This document shows positions 1 to 9,799 of a DNA stretch of 64,000 nucleotides, piece after piece. The stretch is from Escherichia coli (GTDB lineage Bacteria > Pseudomonadota > Gammaproteobacteria > Enterobacterales > Enterobacteriaceae). The notes beneath the pieces are model-generated. The model did no database searches. It was not told the origin of the DNA and saw only the letters and a program-made list of their open reading frames with translations. A program made the translations under genes and the position numbers. The DNA lies in assembly GCF_003334765.1 (NCBI RefSeq), contig NZ_QOWT01000005.1, one strand, 5' to 3'. The stretch's first letter is position 1; each line of letters starts with the position of its first letter.

Positions 1-1
1 C

Positions 2-979
2 ATCAAGTCTTTCATCGATAAACTGAGCGACTTTGTTGAGCAGGTTTACAAGGTTGATACCGCGGTTATCGCCGCGTTCTACCCGGAATGGCTGACGCGT
101 GGTAAAGGTGCGGTGAACTACCTGAGCGTGCCGGAATTCCCGACCGACAGCAAAAACGGCAGCTTCCTGTTCCCGGGCGGCTACATTGAGAATGCGGATC
201 TGTCCTCGTATCGCCCGATCACTTCCCACTCCGATGAATACCTGATTAAAGGCATTCAGGAGAGCGCGAAGCACTCCTGGTATAAAGACGAAGCGCCGCA
301 GGCACCGTGGGAAGGTACCACCATTCCGGCTTATGATGGTTGGTCTGACGACGGTAAATACTCCTGGGTGAAATCACCGACTTTCTACGGCAAAACGGTA
401 GAAGTGGGTCCGCTGGCTAACATGCTGGTGAAACTGGCGGCAGGACGCGAGTCTACCCAGAACAAACTGAATGAAATCGTTGCGATTTATCAGAAACTGA
501 CTGGCAACACGCTGGAAGTGGCGCAGCTGCACTCCACGCTGGGCCGTATTATTGGTCGTACCGTTCACTGCTGTGAATTGCAGGATATCCTGCAAAATCA
601 ATACAGTGCACTGATCACCAATATCGGCAAAGGCGATCACACCACCTTTGTGAAGCCGAACATTCCGGCAACGGGTGAGTTCAAAGGCGTAGGTTTCCTC
701 GAAGCACCGCGCGGTATGCTCTCTCACTGGATGGTTATTAAAGACGGTATCATCAGCAACTACCAGGCGGTTGTTCCATCAACCTGGAACTCTGGTCCGC
801 GTAACTTCAATGATGACGTCGGTCCTTACGAGCAGTCGCTGGTGGGTACACCGGTTGCCGATCCGAATAAACCGCTGGAAGTGGTGCGTACCATTCACTC
901 CTTCGACCCGTGCATGGCCTGTGCGGTACACGTAGTGGATGCCGACGGCAACGAAGTGGTTTCAGTGAAGGTTCTGTAA
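2..979 (+). CDS. hybC: [NiFe] hydrogenase 2 large subunit, 5' end cut by window edge
   Basis: Frame is open from position 2 with no stop. The C-terminus HSFDPCMACAVH plus a 15-aa tail is the Ni-binding/protease-cleavage motif of hydrogenase large subunits. I recognise the sequence as E. coli HybC, and hybDEFG follow. Confidence 0.95.
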   Translation: MKSFIDKLSDFVEQVYKVDTAVIAAFYPEWLTRGKGAVNYLSVPEFPTDSKNGSFLFPGGYIENADLSSYRPITSHSDEYLIKGIQESAKHSWYKDEAPQAPWEGTTIPAYDGWSDDGKYSWVKSPTFYGKTVEVGPLANMLVKLAAGRESTQNKLNEIVAIYQKLTGNTLEVAQLHSTLGRIIGRTVHCCELQDILQNQYSALITNIGKGDHTTFVKPNIPATGEFKGVGFLEAPRGMLSHWMVIKDGIISNYQAVVPSTWNSGPRNFNDDVGPYEQSLVGTPVADPNKPLEVVRTIHSFDPCMACAVHVVDADGNEVVSVKVL

Positions 980-1473
980 TGCGTATTTTAGTCTTAGGGG
1001 TCGGCAATATTTTGCTGACCGATGAAGCCATCGGTGTGCGGATTGTTGAAGCGTTAGAGCAACGATACATTCTGCCGGATTATGTTGAGATCCTCGATGG
1101 CGGCACGGCGGGAATGGAGCTGCTTGGCGACATGGCAAATCGCGATCATCTGATTATTGCGGATGCCATTGTGTCGAAAAAGAACGCGCCGGGAACGATG
1201 ATGATCCTGCGGGATGAAGAAGTTCCGGCGTTGTTTACCAACAAAATCTCTCCGCATCAGCTTGGCCTGGCCGACGTATTGTCGGCCCTGCGCTTCACCG
1301 GCGAGTTTCCGAAAAAGCTGACCCTGGTCGGCGTGATCCCGGAATCGCTGGAGCCGCACATCGGCTTAACGCCGACGGTCGAAGCGATGATTGAACCTGC
1401 GCTTGAGCAGGTTCTGGCTGCGCTGCGCGAATCTGGCGTGGAAGCCATCCCACGGGAGGCGATTCATGACTGA
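979..1473 (+). CDS. hybD: hydrogenase 2 maturation endopeptidase (164 aa)
   Basis: ATG overlaps the hybC stop (TAATG). MRILVLGVGNILLTDEAIG is the HybD/HyaD protease N-terminus. The ORF-track upstream extension (910) lies inside hybC and is rejected. Confidence 0.93.
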   Translation: MRILVLGVGNILLTDEAIGVRIVEALEQRYILPDYVEILDGGTAGMELLGDMANRDHLIIADAIVSKKNAPGTMMILRDEEVPALFTNKISPHQLGLADVLSALRFTGEFPKKLTLVGVIPESLEPHIGLTPTVEAMIEPALEQVLAALRESGVEAIPREAIHD

Positions 1474-1954
1474 AGAGATAACAGGTTTCCAGACCTCCCC
1501 GAAGGCGCAAGTACAGGCAGCGTTTGAAGAAATTGCCCGGCGTTCGATGCACGATCTCTCTTTTCTGCATCCTTCAATGCCGGTGTATGTTTCTGACTTT
1601 ACGCTGTTCGAAGGTCAGTGGACGGGGTGTGTGATCACCCCGTGGATGCTGAGTGCAGTTATCTTCCCCGGCCCGGATCAACTCTGGCCGCTGCGCAAAG
1701 TGAGTGAAAAAATTGGTCTGCAACTGCCGTATGGCACTATGACCTTTACTGTTGGTGAACTGGACGGTGTTTCGCAATACCTCTCCTGCTCGCTGATGTC
1801 GCCGCTTTCGCACAGCATGTCGATTGAAGAGGGCCAACGGCTGACGGATGACTGCGCCCGAATGATCCTTTCGCTGCCAGTCAGCAATCCGGATGTACCA
1901 CACGCAGGGCGTCGTGCCCTGCTATTTGGCCGCAGGAGTGGCGAAAATGCATGA
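1466..1954 (+). CDS. hybE: hydrogenase 2-specific chaperone (162 aa)
   Basis: Starts MTEEITGFQTSPKAQ and overlaps the hybD 3' end. Position and length match HybE. Confidence 0.9.
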   Translation: MTEEITGFQTSPKAQVQAAFEEIARRSMHDLSFLHPSMPVYVSDFTLFEGQWTGCVITPWMLSAVIFPGPDQLWPLRKVSEKIGLQLPYGTMTFTVGELDGVSQYLSCSLMSPLSHSMSIEEGQRLTDDCARMILSLPVSNPDVPHAGRRALLFGRRSGENA

Positions 1955-2288
1955 GTTGTCGCTTTGCCAGAGCGCCGTTGAAATTATCCAACGGCAGGCG
2001 GAGCAGCACGATGTTAAGCGCGTCACCGCCGTGTGGCTGGAAATTGGTGCACTCTCCTGCGTTGAGGAGAGCGCCGTCCGTTTTAGTTTTGAAATTGTCT
2101 GCCACGGAACGGTGGCGCAAGGGTGCGATTTACATATCGTCTATAAACCCGCCCAGGCCTGGTGCTGGGATTGCAGCCAGGTGGTGGAGATTCATCAGCA
2201 CGATGCGCAGTGTCCGCTCTGTCATGGCGAGCGGTTGCGTGTCGATACCGGCGATTCGCTGATCGTCAAAAGTATTGAAGTTGAATAA
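1947..2288 (+). CDS. hybF: hydrogenase nickel-incorporation protein, HypA paralogue (113 aa)
   Basis: Starts MHELSLCQSAVEII. Paired CxxC motifs (CWDC ... CPLC) are typical of the HypA/HybF zinc site. Overlaps the hybE end. Confidence 0.92.
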   Translation: MHELSLCQSAVEIIQRQAEQHDVKRVTAVWLEIGALSCVEESAVRFSFEIVCHGTVAQGCDLHIVYKPAQAWCWDCSQVVEIHQHDAQCPLCHGERLRVDTGDSLIVKSIEVE

Positions 2289-2300
2289 CTGGAGTTAACA

Positions 2301-2549
2301 ATGTGTATTGGCGTTCCAGGCCAGGTGCTGGCTGTCGGTGAAGATATTCACCAGCTTGCGCAGGTTGAAGTATGTGGTATCAAGCGCGACGTGAATATCG
2401 CCCTGATTTGTGAAGGTAACCCTGCCGATCTGCTGGGCCAGTGGGTACTGGTACACGTCGGATTTGCCATGAGCATTATCGATGAAGACGAAGCCAAAGC
2501 CACATTAGACGCACTGCGCCAAATGGATTACGACATTACCAGCGGGTGA
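2301..2549 (+). CDS. hybG: hydrogenase maturation chaperone, HypC family (82 aa)
   Basis: [10 protein letters not shown]-terminus (the essential Cys2 of HypC/HybG). Last gene of the hyb operon. Confidence 0.93.
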
Positions 2550-2557
2550 TGATTAAA

Positions 2558-2590
2558 GCCGGATGCGGCGTAAATGCTTTATCCGGCTAC
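2558..2590. repeat. REP (palindromic unit) element
   Basis: gccggatgcggcgtaaatgctttatccggctac matches the classic GCCGGATG...CATCCGGC-type REP consensus, located between convergent hybG and yghU. Confidence 0.7.
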
Positions 2591-2618
2591 ATAGCGATAA
2601 GCCTGCCAATGTTGCGAC

Positions 2619-3485
2619 TTACCCCTGACGCTTATCTTCCGTATTCGTCTCGAAATCACTGGCGTCATGGCGCTCATGCAACTGCTCGTTCAGCGGCCCG
2701 TTGGTGCGGTTAACAATACGCCCACGCTTCACCGCCGGACGTTCGCCCACTTCTTTCGCCCAGCGTTGTACGTGTTTATAACTTTCCGCATCAAGAAACT
2801 CTGCGGCATCATACACGCCGCCTAACACCACGTTGCCAAACCACGGCCAGATCGCCATATCCGCAATGGTGTACTCATCGCCCGCAACAAACTTGTGCTG
2901 CGCCAGTTGCTTATCCAGCACGTCGAGCAGGCGCTTGGCTTCCATGGTAAAGCGGTTGATGGCGTACTCAATTTTCACCGGCGCGTAATGGTAAAAGTGA
3001 CCAAAACCACCGCCGAGGAACGGTGCCGCGCCCTGTAACCAGAACAGCCAGTTCAGCGTTTCAGTCCGTTTTGCCAGATCCTGCGGCAGGAAGTAGCCAA
3101 ATTTCTCCGCCAGATAAAGCAGAATCGATCCAGACTCAAACACGCGGATCGGTGGATTATGGGTATGGTCGCGCAATGCCGGGATCTTCGAGTTTGGGTT
3201 CACTTCGACAAAGCCGCTGGAGAATTGATCGCCATCGCCAATACGAATCAGCCAGGCGTCATACTCTGCACCAGTAACACCCAGCGCCAGCAGCTCCTCA
3301 AGCATAATCGTTACTTTCTGTCCGTTTGGCGTTCCCAGCGAATAGAGTTGCAGCGGATGTTTGCCCACCGGCAGCGTTTTTTCATGCGTCGGACCAGAAA
3401 CCGGGCGATTGATATTGGCGAACGCGCCGCCAGCGGATTTATCCCACGTCCAGACTTTCGCGGGCTGATAAGTATTGTCTGTCAT
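2619..3485 (-). CDS. yghU: nu-class glutathione S-transferase-like disulfide reductase (288 aa)
   Basis: Starts MTDNTYQPAKVWTWDKSAGGAFANINRP, recognised as YghU. The ATG at 3485 is chosen over the ORF-track start at 3533. Confidence 0.9.
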   Translation of the reverse strand: MTDNTYQPAKVWTWDKSAGGAFANINRPVSGPTHEKTLPVGKHPLQLYSLGTPNGQKVTIMLEELLALGVTGAEYDAWLIRIGDGDQFSSGFVEVNPNSKIPALRDHTHNPPIRVFESGSILLYLAEKFGYFLPQDLAKRTETLNWLFWLQGAAPFLGGGFGHFYHYAPVKIEYAINRFTMEAKRLLDVLDKQLAQHKFVAGDEYTIADMAIWPWFGNVVLGGVYDAAEFLDAESYKHVQRWAKEVGERPAVKRGRIVNRTNGPLNEQLHERHDASDFETNTEDKRQG

Positions 3486-3689
3486 AGTGAGTTGCCTTCT
3501 GAGTGGTAGTGTTGAAGCAGTGTAGCAGGTCACTTGCTGTACAGAATGTGAATTTTTTAACCCTTTGCGCCAGCCGCTGCGTTGAGGTGTATGATAAGTC
3601 AGACCTCTGTCCGGTTAATGTCGCTGAGCAGGTAATCAGAGCACAACAATTACGCCAACTGCTTAGGTTGTATTGTTAAAGGTAAAGTG

Positions 3690-5549
3690 ATGAGCAAAGG
3701 AACGACCAGCCAGGATGCCCCGTTCGGGACATTATTGGGCTACGCCCCAGGTGGGGTAGCAATCTACTCTTCAGATTACAGTTCTCTCGATCCGCAGGAA
3801 TACGAAGATGACGCCGTATTCCGTAGCTATATCGACGATGAATATATGGGCCACAAATGGCAATGCGTTGAATTTGCTCGCCGTTTTCTCTTTCTGAATT
3901 ACGGTGTGGTCTTCACTGACGTGGGTATGGCGTGGGAGATTTTCTCGCTGCGCTTCCTGCGTGAAGTGGTTAATGACAACATCCTGCCATTGCAGGCATT
4001 TCCTAATGGCTCGCCGCGTGCACCGGTCGCGGGCGCGCTTCTTATCTGGGATAAAGGCGGTGAATTTAAAGACACTGGCCATGTCGCCATCATTACTCAA
4101 TTGCATGGCAACAAAGTCCGTATTGCGGAACAGAACGTGATTCATTCCCCGTTGCCGCAAGGGCAACAGTGGACACGCGAGCTGGAGATGGTGGTCGAAA
4201 ACGGCTGCTATACCCTTAAAGACACGTTTGATGACACCACCATTCTGGGCTGGATGATCCAGACGGAAGATACCGACTACAGCTTACCGCAGCCGGAAAT
4301 TGCAGGCGAGCTGCTGAAAATCAGCGGAGCGCGTCTGGAAAACAAAGGTCAGTTTGACGGTAAATGGCTGGATGAAAAAGATCCGCTACAAAATGCCTAC
4401 GTGCAGGCCAACGGTCAGGTGATCAATCAGGATCCGTATCATTACTACACCATTACCGAGAGCGCAGAGCAGGAGCTGATTAAAGCCACCAACGAGCTGC
4501 ACCTGATGTATCTTCACGCCACCGACAAGGTGCTAAAAGATGACAACCTGCTGGCGCTGTTCGACATTCCGAAAATCCTCTGGCCACGTTTGCGTCTCTC
4601 CTGGCAGCGTCGCCGTCACCATATGATCACCGGTCGTATGGATTTCTGCATGGACGAACGTGGCCTGAAGGTCTACGAATACAACGCCGATTCCGCCTCC
4701 TGTCATACCGAAGCGGGCTTGATCCTCGAACGTTGGGCGGAGCAGGGCTATAAAGGCAACGGCTTCAATCCTGCGGAAGGGCTGATTAACGAACTGGCTG
4801 GTGCCTGGAAACACAGTCGTGCACGTCCGTTTGTCCATATCATGCAGGACAAAGATATCGAGGAAAACTATCACGCGCAGTTTATGGAGCAGGCGCTGCA
4901 CCAGGCGGGCTTTGAAACGCGTATCTTGCGTGGGTTGGATGAACTGGGCTGGGATGCTGCCGGGCAACTGATTGATGGGGAAGGGCGACTGGTTAACTGC
5001 GTGTGGAAAACCTGGGCGTGGGAAACCGCGTTTGATCAGATTCGTGAAGTCAGCGACCGTGAGTTTGCTGCGGTGCCGATCCGTACCGGTCATCCGCAAA
5101 ATGAAGTGCGTCTTATCGACGTATTGCTGCGCCCGGAAGTGCTGGTCTTTGAACCTCTGTGGACTGTGATCCCCGGCAACAAAGCGATTCTGCCGATCCT
5201 CTGGTCGCTGTTCCCGCACCATCGTTACCTGCTGGATACCGATTTCACTGTTAATGATGAACTGGTAAAAACAGGTTACGCAGTGAAACCGATCGCCGGT
5301 CGCTGTGGCAGTAACATCGACCTCGTCAGCCATCATGAAGAGGTGCTGGACAAAACCAGCGGTAAATTTGCCGAGCAGAAAAACATCTATCAGCAACTGT
5401 GGTGTTTGCCGAAAGTGGACGGTAAATACATTCAGGTATGTACCTTCACCGTTGGCGGCAACTACGGTGGGACGTGTTTGCGCGGTGATGAATCACTGGT
5501 CATCAAAAAAGAGAGTGATATTGAACCGTTAATTGTGGTGAAAAAGTAA
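3690..5549 (+). CDS. gss: bifunctional glutathionylspermidine synthetase/amidase (619 aa)
   Basis: MSKGTTSQDAPFGTLLGYAPGG..., with an N-terminal CHAP amidase (KWQCVEF) and a C-terminal ATP-grasp synthetase. Recognised as Gss/Gsp. Confidence 0.95.
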   Translation: MSKGTTSQDAPFGTLLGYAPGGVAIYSSDYSSLDPQEYEDDAVFRSYIDDEYMGHKWQCVEFARRFLFLNYGVVFTDVGMAWEIFSLRFLREVVNDNILPLQAFPNGSPRAPVAGALLIWDKGGEFKDTGHVAIITQLHGNKVRIAEQNVIHSPLPQGQQWTRELEMVVENGCYTLKDTFDDTTILGWMIQTEDTDYSLPQPEIAGELLKISGARLENKGQFDGKWLDEKDPLQNAYVQANGQVINQDPYHYYTITESAEQELIKATNELHLMYLHATDKVLKDDNLLALFDIPKILWPRLRLSWQRRRHHMITGRMDFCMDERGLKVYEYNADSASCHTEAGLILERWAEQGYKGNGFNPAEGLINELAGAWKHSRARPFVHIMQDKDIEENYHAQFMEQALHQAGFETRILRGLDELGWDAAGQLIDGEGRLVNCVWKTWAWETAFDQIREVSDREFAAVPIRTGHPQNEVRLIDVLLRPEVLVFEPLWTVIPGNKAILPILWSLFPHHRYLLDTDFTVNDELVKTGYAVKPIAGRCGSNIDLVSHHEEVLDKTSGKFAEQKNIYQQLWCLPKVDGKYIQVCTFTVGGNYGGTCLRGDESLVIKKESDIEPLIVVKK

Positions 5550-5564
5550 TACATGTTGTAGCAA

Positions 5565-5599
5565 CCCCGTACTGATTATGAAGAATAATCAGCACGGGG
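5565..5599 (+). terminator. hairpin downstream of gss
   Basis: ccccgtactgattat...ataatcagcacgggg forms a long inverted repeat 16 nt after the gss stop. There is no clear U-tract. Confidence 0.5.
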
Positions 5600-5836
5600 A
5601 TTAATCAAAACATTCAACATTTATATATTCCAATATTTATTTAATATATGAATATATTAACCAGTGGAATACCTGTGTTTTGATTATTTCTAAAGATTTT
5701 GAATGAATGCTTATTGTCTGATACACAAGAAATAACACGCTTTTTATCGTTAAAAAATGATATTTCACTTTGCCCATGCCGTTAAAGTCACTGATAATGC
5801 GTCCGTTCGTAAATTCAAAATGGCGTAATCTAATAT

Positions 5837-7336
5837 ATGCTAAATTTATTTGTTGGCCTTGATATATACACAGGGCTTTTGTTATTACTTGCTCTGGCAT
5901 TTGTGTTGTTCTACGAAGCAATCAATGGTTTTCATGACACGGCGAATGCGGTGGCAACCGTTATTTATACTCGTGCCATGCAACCACAACTTGCTGTGGT
6001 GATGGCGGCATTTTTTAATTTTTTTGGCGTGTTATTGGGCGGACTTAGCGTTGCCTATGCCATTGTCCATATGTTGCCAACCGATTTGTTGCTGAATATG
6101 GGGTCAACCCACGGTCTGGCGATGGTCTTTTCCATGCTGCTGGCGGCGATTATCTGGAACCTGGGAACGTGGTTCTTTGGTTTACCGGCCTCCAGTTCGC
6201 ACACCTTGATTGGTGCGATTATCGGCATCGGTTTAACCAACGCGCTGTTAACCGGCTCATCGGTGATGGATGCGTTAAACCTGCGTGAAGTGACCAAAAT
6301 TTTCTCCTCGCTGATTGTTTCCCCTATCGTCGGCCTGGTCATTGCGGGTGGTCTGATTTTCCTGCTGCGCCGTTTCTGGAGCGGGACGAAAAAGCGTGAC
6401 CGTATTCACCGCATTCCGGAAGATCGCAAAAAGAAAAAAGGCAAACGTAAGCCGCCATTCTGGACGCGTATTGCGCTGATTGTTTCCGCTGCGGGCGTGG
6501 CGTTTTCGCACGGCGCTAACGACGGGCAGAAAGGGATCGGCCTGGTGATGCTGGTACTGGTGGGGATTGCCCCTGCTGGCTTCGTCGTCAATATGAACGC
6601 GTCCGGCTATGAAATTACCCGTACCCGCGATGCCGTCACCAACTTCGAACACTACCTGCAACAGCATCCTGAACTGCCGCAGAAGTTGATTACGATGGAA
6701 CCTCCATTGCCTGCGACATCGACTGATGGCACGCAAGTAACAGAGTTTCACTGTCATCCGGCAAATACCTTTGATGCGATTGCGCGCGTTAAAACGATGC
6801 TGCCAGGCAATATGGAAAGTTACGAGCCGTTAAGCGTGAGTCAGCGCAGCCAGCTGCGCCGCATTATGCTGTGCATCTCTGATACCTCCGCGAAGCTGGC
6901 GAAACTGCCAGGCGTCAGTAAAGAAGACCAGAACCTGCTGAAAAAACTGCGCAGCGATATGTTAAGCACCATTGAGTACGCACCGGTGTGGATCATCATG
7001 GCGGTAGCACTGGCGCTCGGCATCGGCACCATGATTGGCTGGTGTCGTGTAGCGATGACCATCGGTGAGAAGATTGGTAAGCGCGGCATGACGTATGCGC
7101 AAGGCATGGCGGCACAAATGACGGCGGCAGTGTCTATCGGCCTTGCCAGTTATATTGGGATGCCCGTCTCCACAACACACGTCCTCTCGTCTGCAGTAGC
7201 AGGGACGATGGTGGTGGACGGCGGTGGGTTACAGCGTAAAACGGTAACCAGCATCCTGATGGCGTGGGTGTTTACTTTACCGGCGGCGATTTTTCTTTCT
7301 GGTGGGTTGTACTGGATAGCATTGCAGTTGATTTAA
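5837..7336 (+). CDS. pitB: low-affinity inorganic phosphate transporter (499 aa)
   Basis: PiT-family sequence ([11 protein letters not shown] ... [10 protein letters not shown]). Synteny with gss matches PitB. Confidence 0.93.
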   Translation: MLNLFVGLDIYTGLLLLLALAFVLFYEAINGFHDTANAVATVIYTRAMQPQLAVVMAAFFNFFGVLLGGLSVAYAIVHMLPTDLLLNMGSTHGLAMVFSMLLAAIIWNLGTWFFGLPASSSHTLIGAIIGIGLTNALLTGSSVMDALNLREVTKIFSSLIVSPIVGLVIAGGLIFLLRRFWSGTKKRDRIHRIPEDRKKKKGKRKPPFWTRIALIVSAAGVAFSHGANDGQKGIGLVMLVLVGIAPAGFVVNMNASGYEITRTRDAVTNFEHYLQQHPELPQKLITMEPPLPATSTDGTQVTEFHCHPANTFDAIARVKTMLPGNMESYEPLSVSQRSQLRRIMLCISDTSAKLAKLPGVSKEDQNLLKKLRSDMLSTIEYAPVWIIMAVALALGIGTMIGWCRVAMTIGEKIGKRGMTYAQGMAAQMTAAVSIGLASYIGMPVSTTHVLSSAVAGTMVVDGGGLQRKTVTSILMAWVFTLPAAIFLSGGLYWIALQLI

Positions 7337-7345
7337 CCTTCCTGA

Positions 7346-7382
7346 AAATGCCCGGTCCTGGCGATCGGGCATTTCCATTTTT
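7346..7382. terminator. bidirectional rho-independent terminator between pitB and yghT
   Basis: aaatgcccg / cgggcattt stem, flanked by an A-run upstream and a T-run downstream. Lies between convergent stops. Confidence 0.7.
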
Positions 7383-7384
7383 GA

Positions 7385-8077
7385 CTAGTGATAACCACGC
7401 GCGGTCATAAAATCCGTAATCGCTTTTTCTGCATCAATCAGCACCTTTTCCAGTGGCTGATTAGCATCGATATCAACCAGTTGTGCACCACCAAAGGTTA
7501 ACTGTGGCGTTATGGCTATCTTTCTTGCCAGCGATTCCCTTTTGTGGTCAGGCTTACGCGCGCAGGCCACGTCTAGATCGACATTGAGTTTGATGACCAG
7601 ATCAGGTTTATGGCTCGCCATCCAGTGAAACGCTTTACGTTCCTGGCTTGCCAGCCATGAGACAAAACGACCACCTTCAATGTTAGGTGGGAACACTGTA
7701 CCATCGTAAGCGCCAGGAATTTGGTCCTGAGGATAACGGTCGGTTAGAACAATTAACCCGCGACGACGACAGGCAAGCATATGACGAAAGCGCAGTAAGC
7801 GACGGGCGACAAACGCTGTAATTACCAGCGCCGGAACAGGGCCAGGCAATTTTTTTGCTGTTTTCACCTGATTTCGTTCAATTGTTTTATGTAAGGATTT
7901 TCCCATGAACGGTAATTTTGTCACTGCACGACCGACATTTCCGGCCTGTTTTCCTAAATGAACTCTTTCGGCAGCACCATATTTTTCGACAACGGTAATG
8001 AGATGTTCACACACCGTTGACTTGCCTGAACCATCGCTACCAATAACGGCAATTAATGGAGGTGTTATTGACTGCAT
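7385..8077 (-). CDS. yghT: P-loop NTPase/kinase-like protein (230 aa), paralogue 1
   Basis: Walker [10 protein letters not shown], plus DRYPQ and ARKPDH motifs shared with the next two genes. Position matches yghT. Confidence 0.85.
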   Translation of the reverse strand: MQSITPPLIAVIGSDGSGKSTVCEHLITVVEKYGAAERVHLGKQAGNVGRAVTKLPFMGKSLHKTIERNQVKTAKKLPGPVPALVITAFVARRLLRFRHMLACRRRGLIVLTDRYPQDQIPGAYDGTVFPPNIEGGRFVSWLASQERKAFHWMASHKPDLVIKLNVDLDVACARKPDHKRESLARKIAITPQLTFGGAQLVDIDANQPLEKVLIDAEKAITDFMTARGYH

Positions 8078-8250
8078 GAATATATCCTTTAATTTAAATA
8101 TCCATTAAAAATATTTATTTGGTTAATATGTTTTTATGAAAGCGTAATTCAGGTCAATGTCACAATTAACCATTGTCACAATAAGGTTGAACGGATATTC
8201 TGAGCACGGACCACGTAATATTCAATACATTATTTGCTGCCGGGTTTTTC
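8078..8250. promoter_or_regulatory. AT-rich divergent promoter region yghT / yghS
   Basis: 173-bp AT-rich spacer between divergent start codons. No sites were mapped. Confidence 0.35.
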
Positions 8251-8964
8251 GTGAATCAACGTAATATGTCAATAATTAATTCCACGCCAGTGCGTGTTAT
8301 TGCCATTGTAGGATGTGATGGTTCAGGTAAATCGACCCTCACGGCAAGCCTGGTAAATGAACTGGCAGCAACAATGCCAACAGAACACATTTATCTCGGG
8401 CAATCGTCCGGGCGAATTGGCGAATGGATTTCACAGCTCCCTGTTATTGGCGCACCTTTTGGGCGTTATCTGCGAAGTAAAGCGGCACATGTGCACGAAA
8501 AGCCCTCCACACCGCCTGGCAATATGACTGCGCTGGTTATCTATCTGCTTTCCTGCTGGCGGGCGTACAAGTTTCACAAAATGTTGTGTAAAAACCAGCA
8601 AGGCTATCTGCTCATCACCGACCGCTACCCGCAGGTTGAAGTGCCGGGTTTCCGCTTTGATGGCCCGCAATTGGCAAAAACCACGGGCGGTAACGGTTGG
8701 ATAAAAATGTTAAGGCAGCGCGAGCTGAAGCTGTACCAATGGATGGCGTCTTATTTGCCCGTATTGTTGATTCGTCTTGGCATTGATGAACAAACCGCGT
8801 TTGCGCGTAAACCTGACCACCAACTGGCAGCGTTACAGGAAAAAATCGCCGTTACGCCGCAACTGACATTCAATGGCGCAAAGATCCTTGAACTGGATGG
8901 TCGGCAACCAGCCGATGAAATTCTGCAAGCGTCACTACGCGCAATTCACGCTGCGCTTTCCTGA
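8251..8964 (+). CDS. yghS: P-loop NTPase/kinase-like protein (237 aa), paralogue 2
   Basis: GTG start. Contains GCDGSGKST, DRYPQ and ARKPDH motifs. Confidence 0.85.
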   Translation: MNQRNMSIINSTPVRVIAIVGCDGSGKSTLTASLVNELAATMPTEHIYLGQSSGRIGEWISQLPVIGAPFGRYLRSKAAHVHEKPSTPPGNMTALVIYLLSCWRAYKFHKMLCKNQQGYLLITDRYPQVEVPGFRFDGPQLAKTTGGNGWIKMLRQRELKLYQWMASYLPVLLIRLGIDEQTAFARKPDHQLAALQEKIAVTPQLTFNGAKILELDGRQPADEILQASLRAIHAALS

Positions 8965-8995
8965 TCACCAAAATGGATAGGGGATGATTTAACGA

Positions 8996-9754
8996 ATGGA
9001 CGCACTACAAACACAAACTGTTAATAGTACAACCGCGCCGCAGCCCAACTACATTCCGGGGCTGATTGCGGTGGTCGGGTGTGATGGCACCGGTAAATCC
9101 ACACTGACCAATGACCTGGTGAAATCGCTGCAACAACACTGGCAAACCGAGCGGCGCTATCTGGGGCTGCTCTCCGGCGAAGACGGCGACAAAATCAAAC
9201 GATTGCCGTTGGTTGGTGTCTGGCTCGAACGGCGACTGGCGGCCAAATCCTCGAAAACCCAAAGCATGAAAACCAAATCTCCGGCGCTATGGGCGGCGGT
9301 GATTATGTACTGCTTCTCGCTGCGAAGAATGGCGAATCTACGCAAGGTTCAGCGACTGGCGCAAAGTGGCGTTCTGGTGGTCAGCGATCGCTTCCCGCAG
9401 GCTGAAATTTCGGGCTTTTATTATGACGGACCGGGGATCGGCGTCGAACGTGCGACCGGGAAAATCAGCATGTTTCTGGCGCAGCGCGAACGGCGTTTAT
9501 ACCAAAAAATGGCGCAATACCGTCCTGAATTAATTATTCGTTTGGGGATTGATATTGATACTGCCATCTCCCGCAAGCCTGACCATGACTATGCCGAGCT
9601 GCAGGACAAAATCGGCGTCATGTCGACGATTGGCTATAACGGCACAAAAATTCTTGAGATTGATTCCAGAGCGCCCTACAGCGAAGTGCTGGAACAGGCA
9701 CAGAAGGCGGTTTCTCTGGTTGCCATCGTTTCTGACCGCCGAAGTTTAACTTAA
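8996..9754 (+). CDS. yghR: P-loop NTPase/kinase-like protein (252 aa), paralogue 3
   Basis: Contains GCDGTGKST, DRFPQ and SRKPDH motifs. Lies 31 nt after yghS. Confidence 0.85.
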   Translation: MDALQTQTVNSTTAPQPNYIPGLIAVVGCDGTGKSTLTNDLVKSLQQHWQTERRYLGLLSGEDGDKIKRLPLVGVWLERRLAAKSSKTQSMKTKSPALWAAVIMYCFSLRRMANLRKVQRLAQSGVLVVSDRFPQAEISGFYYDGPGIGVERATGKISMFLAQRERRLYQKMAQYRPELIIRLGIDIDTAISRKPDHDYAELQDKIGVMSTIGYNGTKILEIDSRAPYSEVLEQAQKAVSLVAIVSDRRSLT

Positions 9755-9799
9755 GGCTGGCGGGATACTTTTTACTATCAACGATAAGGTCAGGCTGAA

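Noticed and set aside
4533-5396. 287-aa ORF antisense to gss
   Set aside because: It lies entirely inside a confidently identified gene on the other strand. It has no SD or recognisable motifs. It is a typical shadow ORF.
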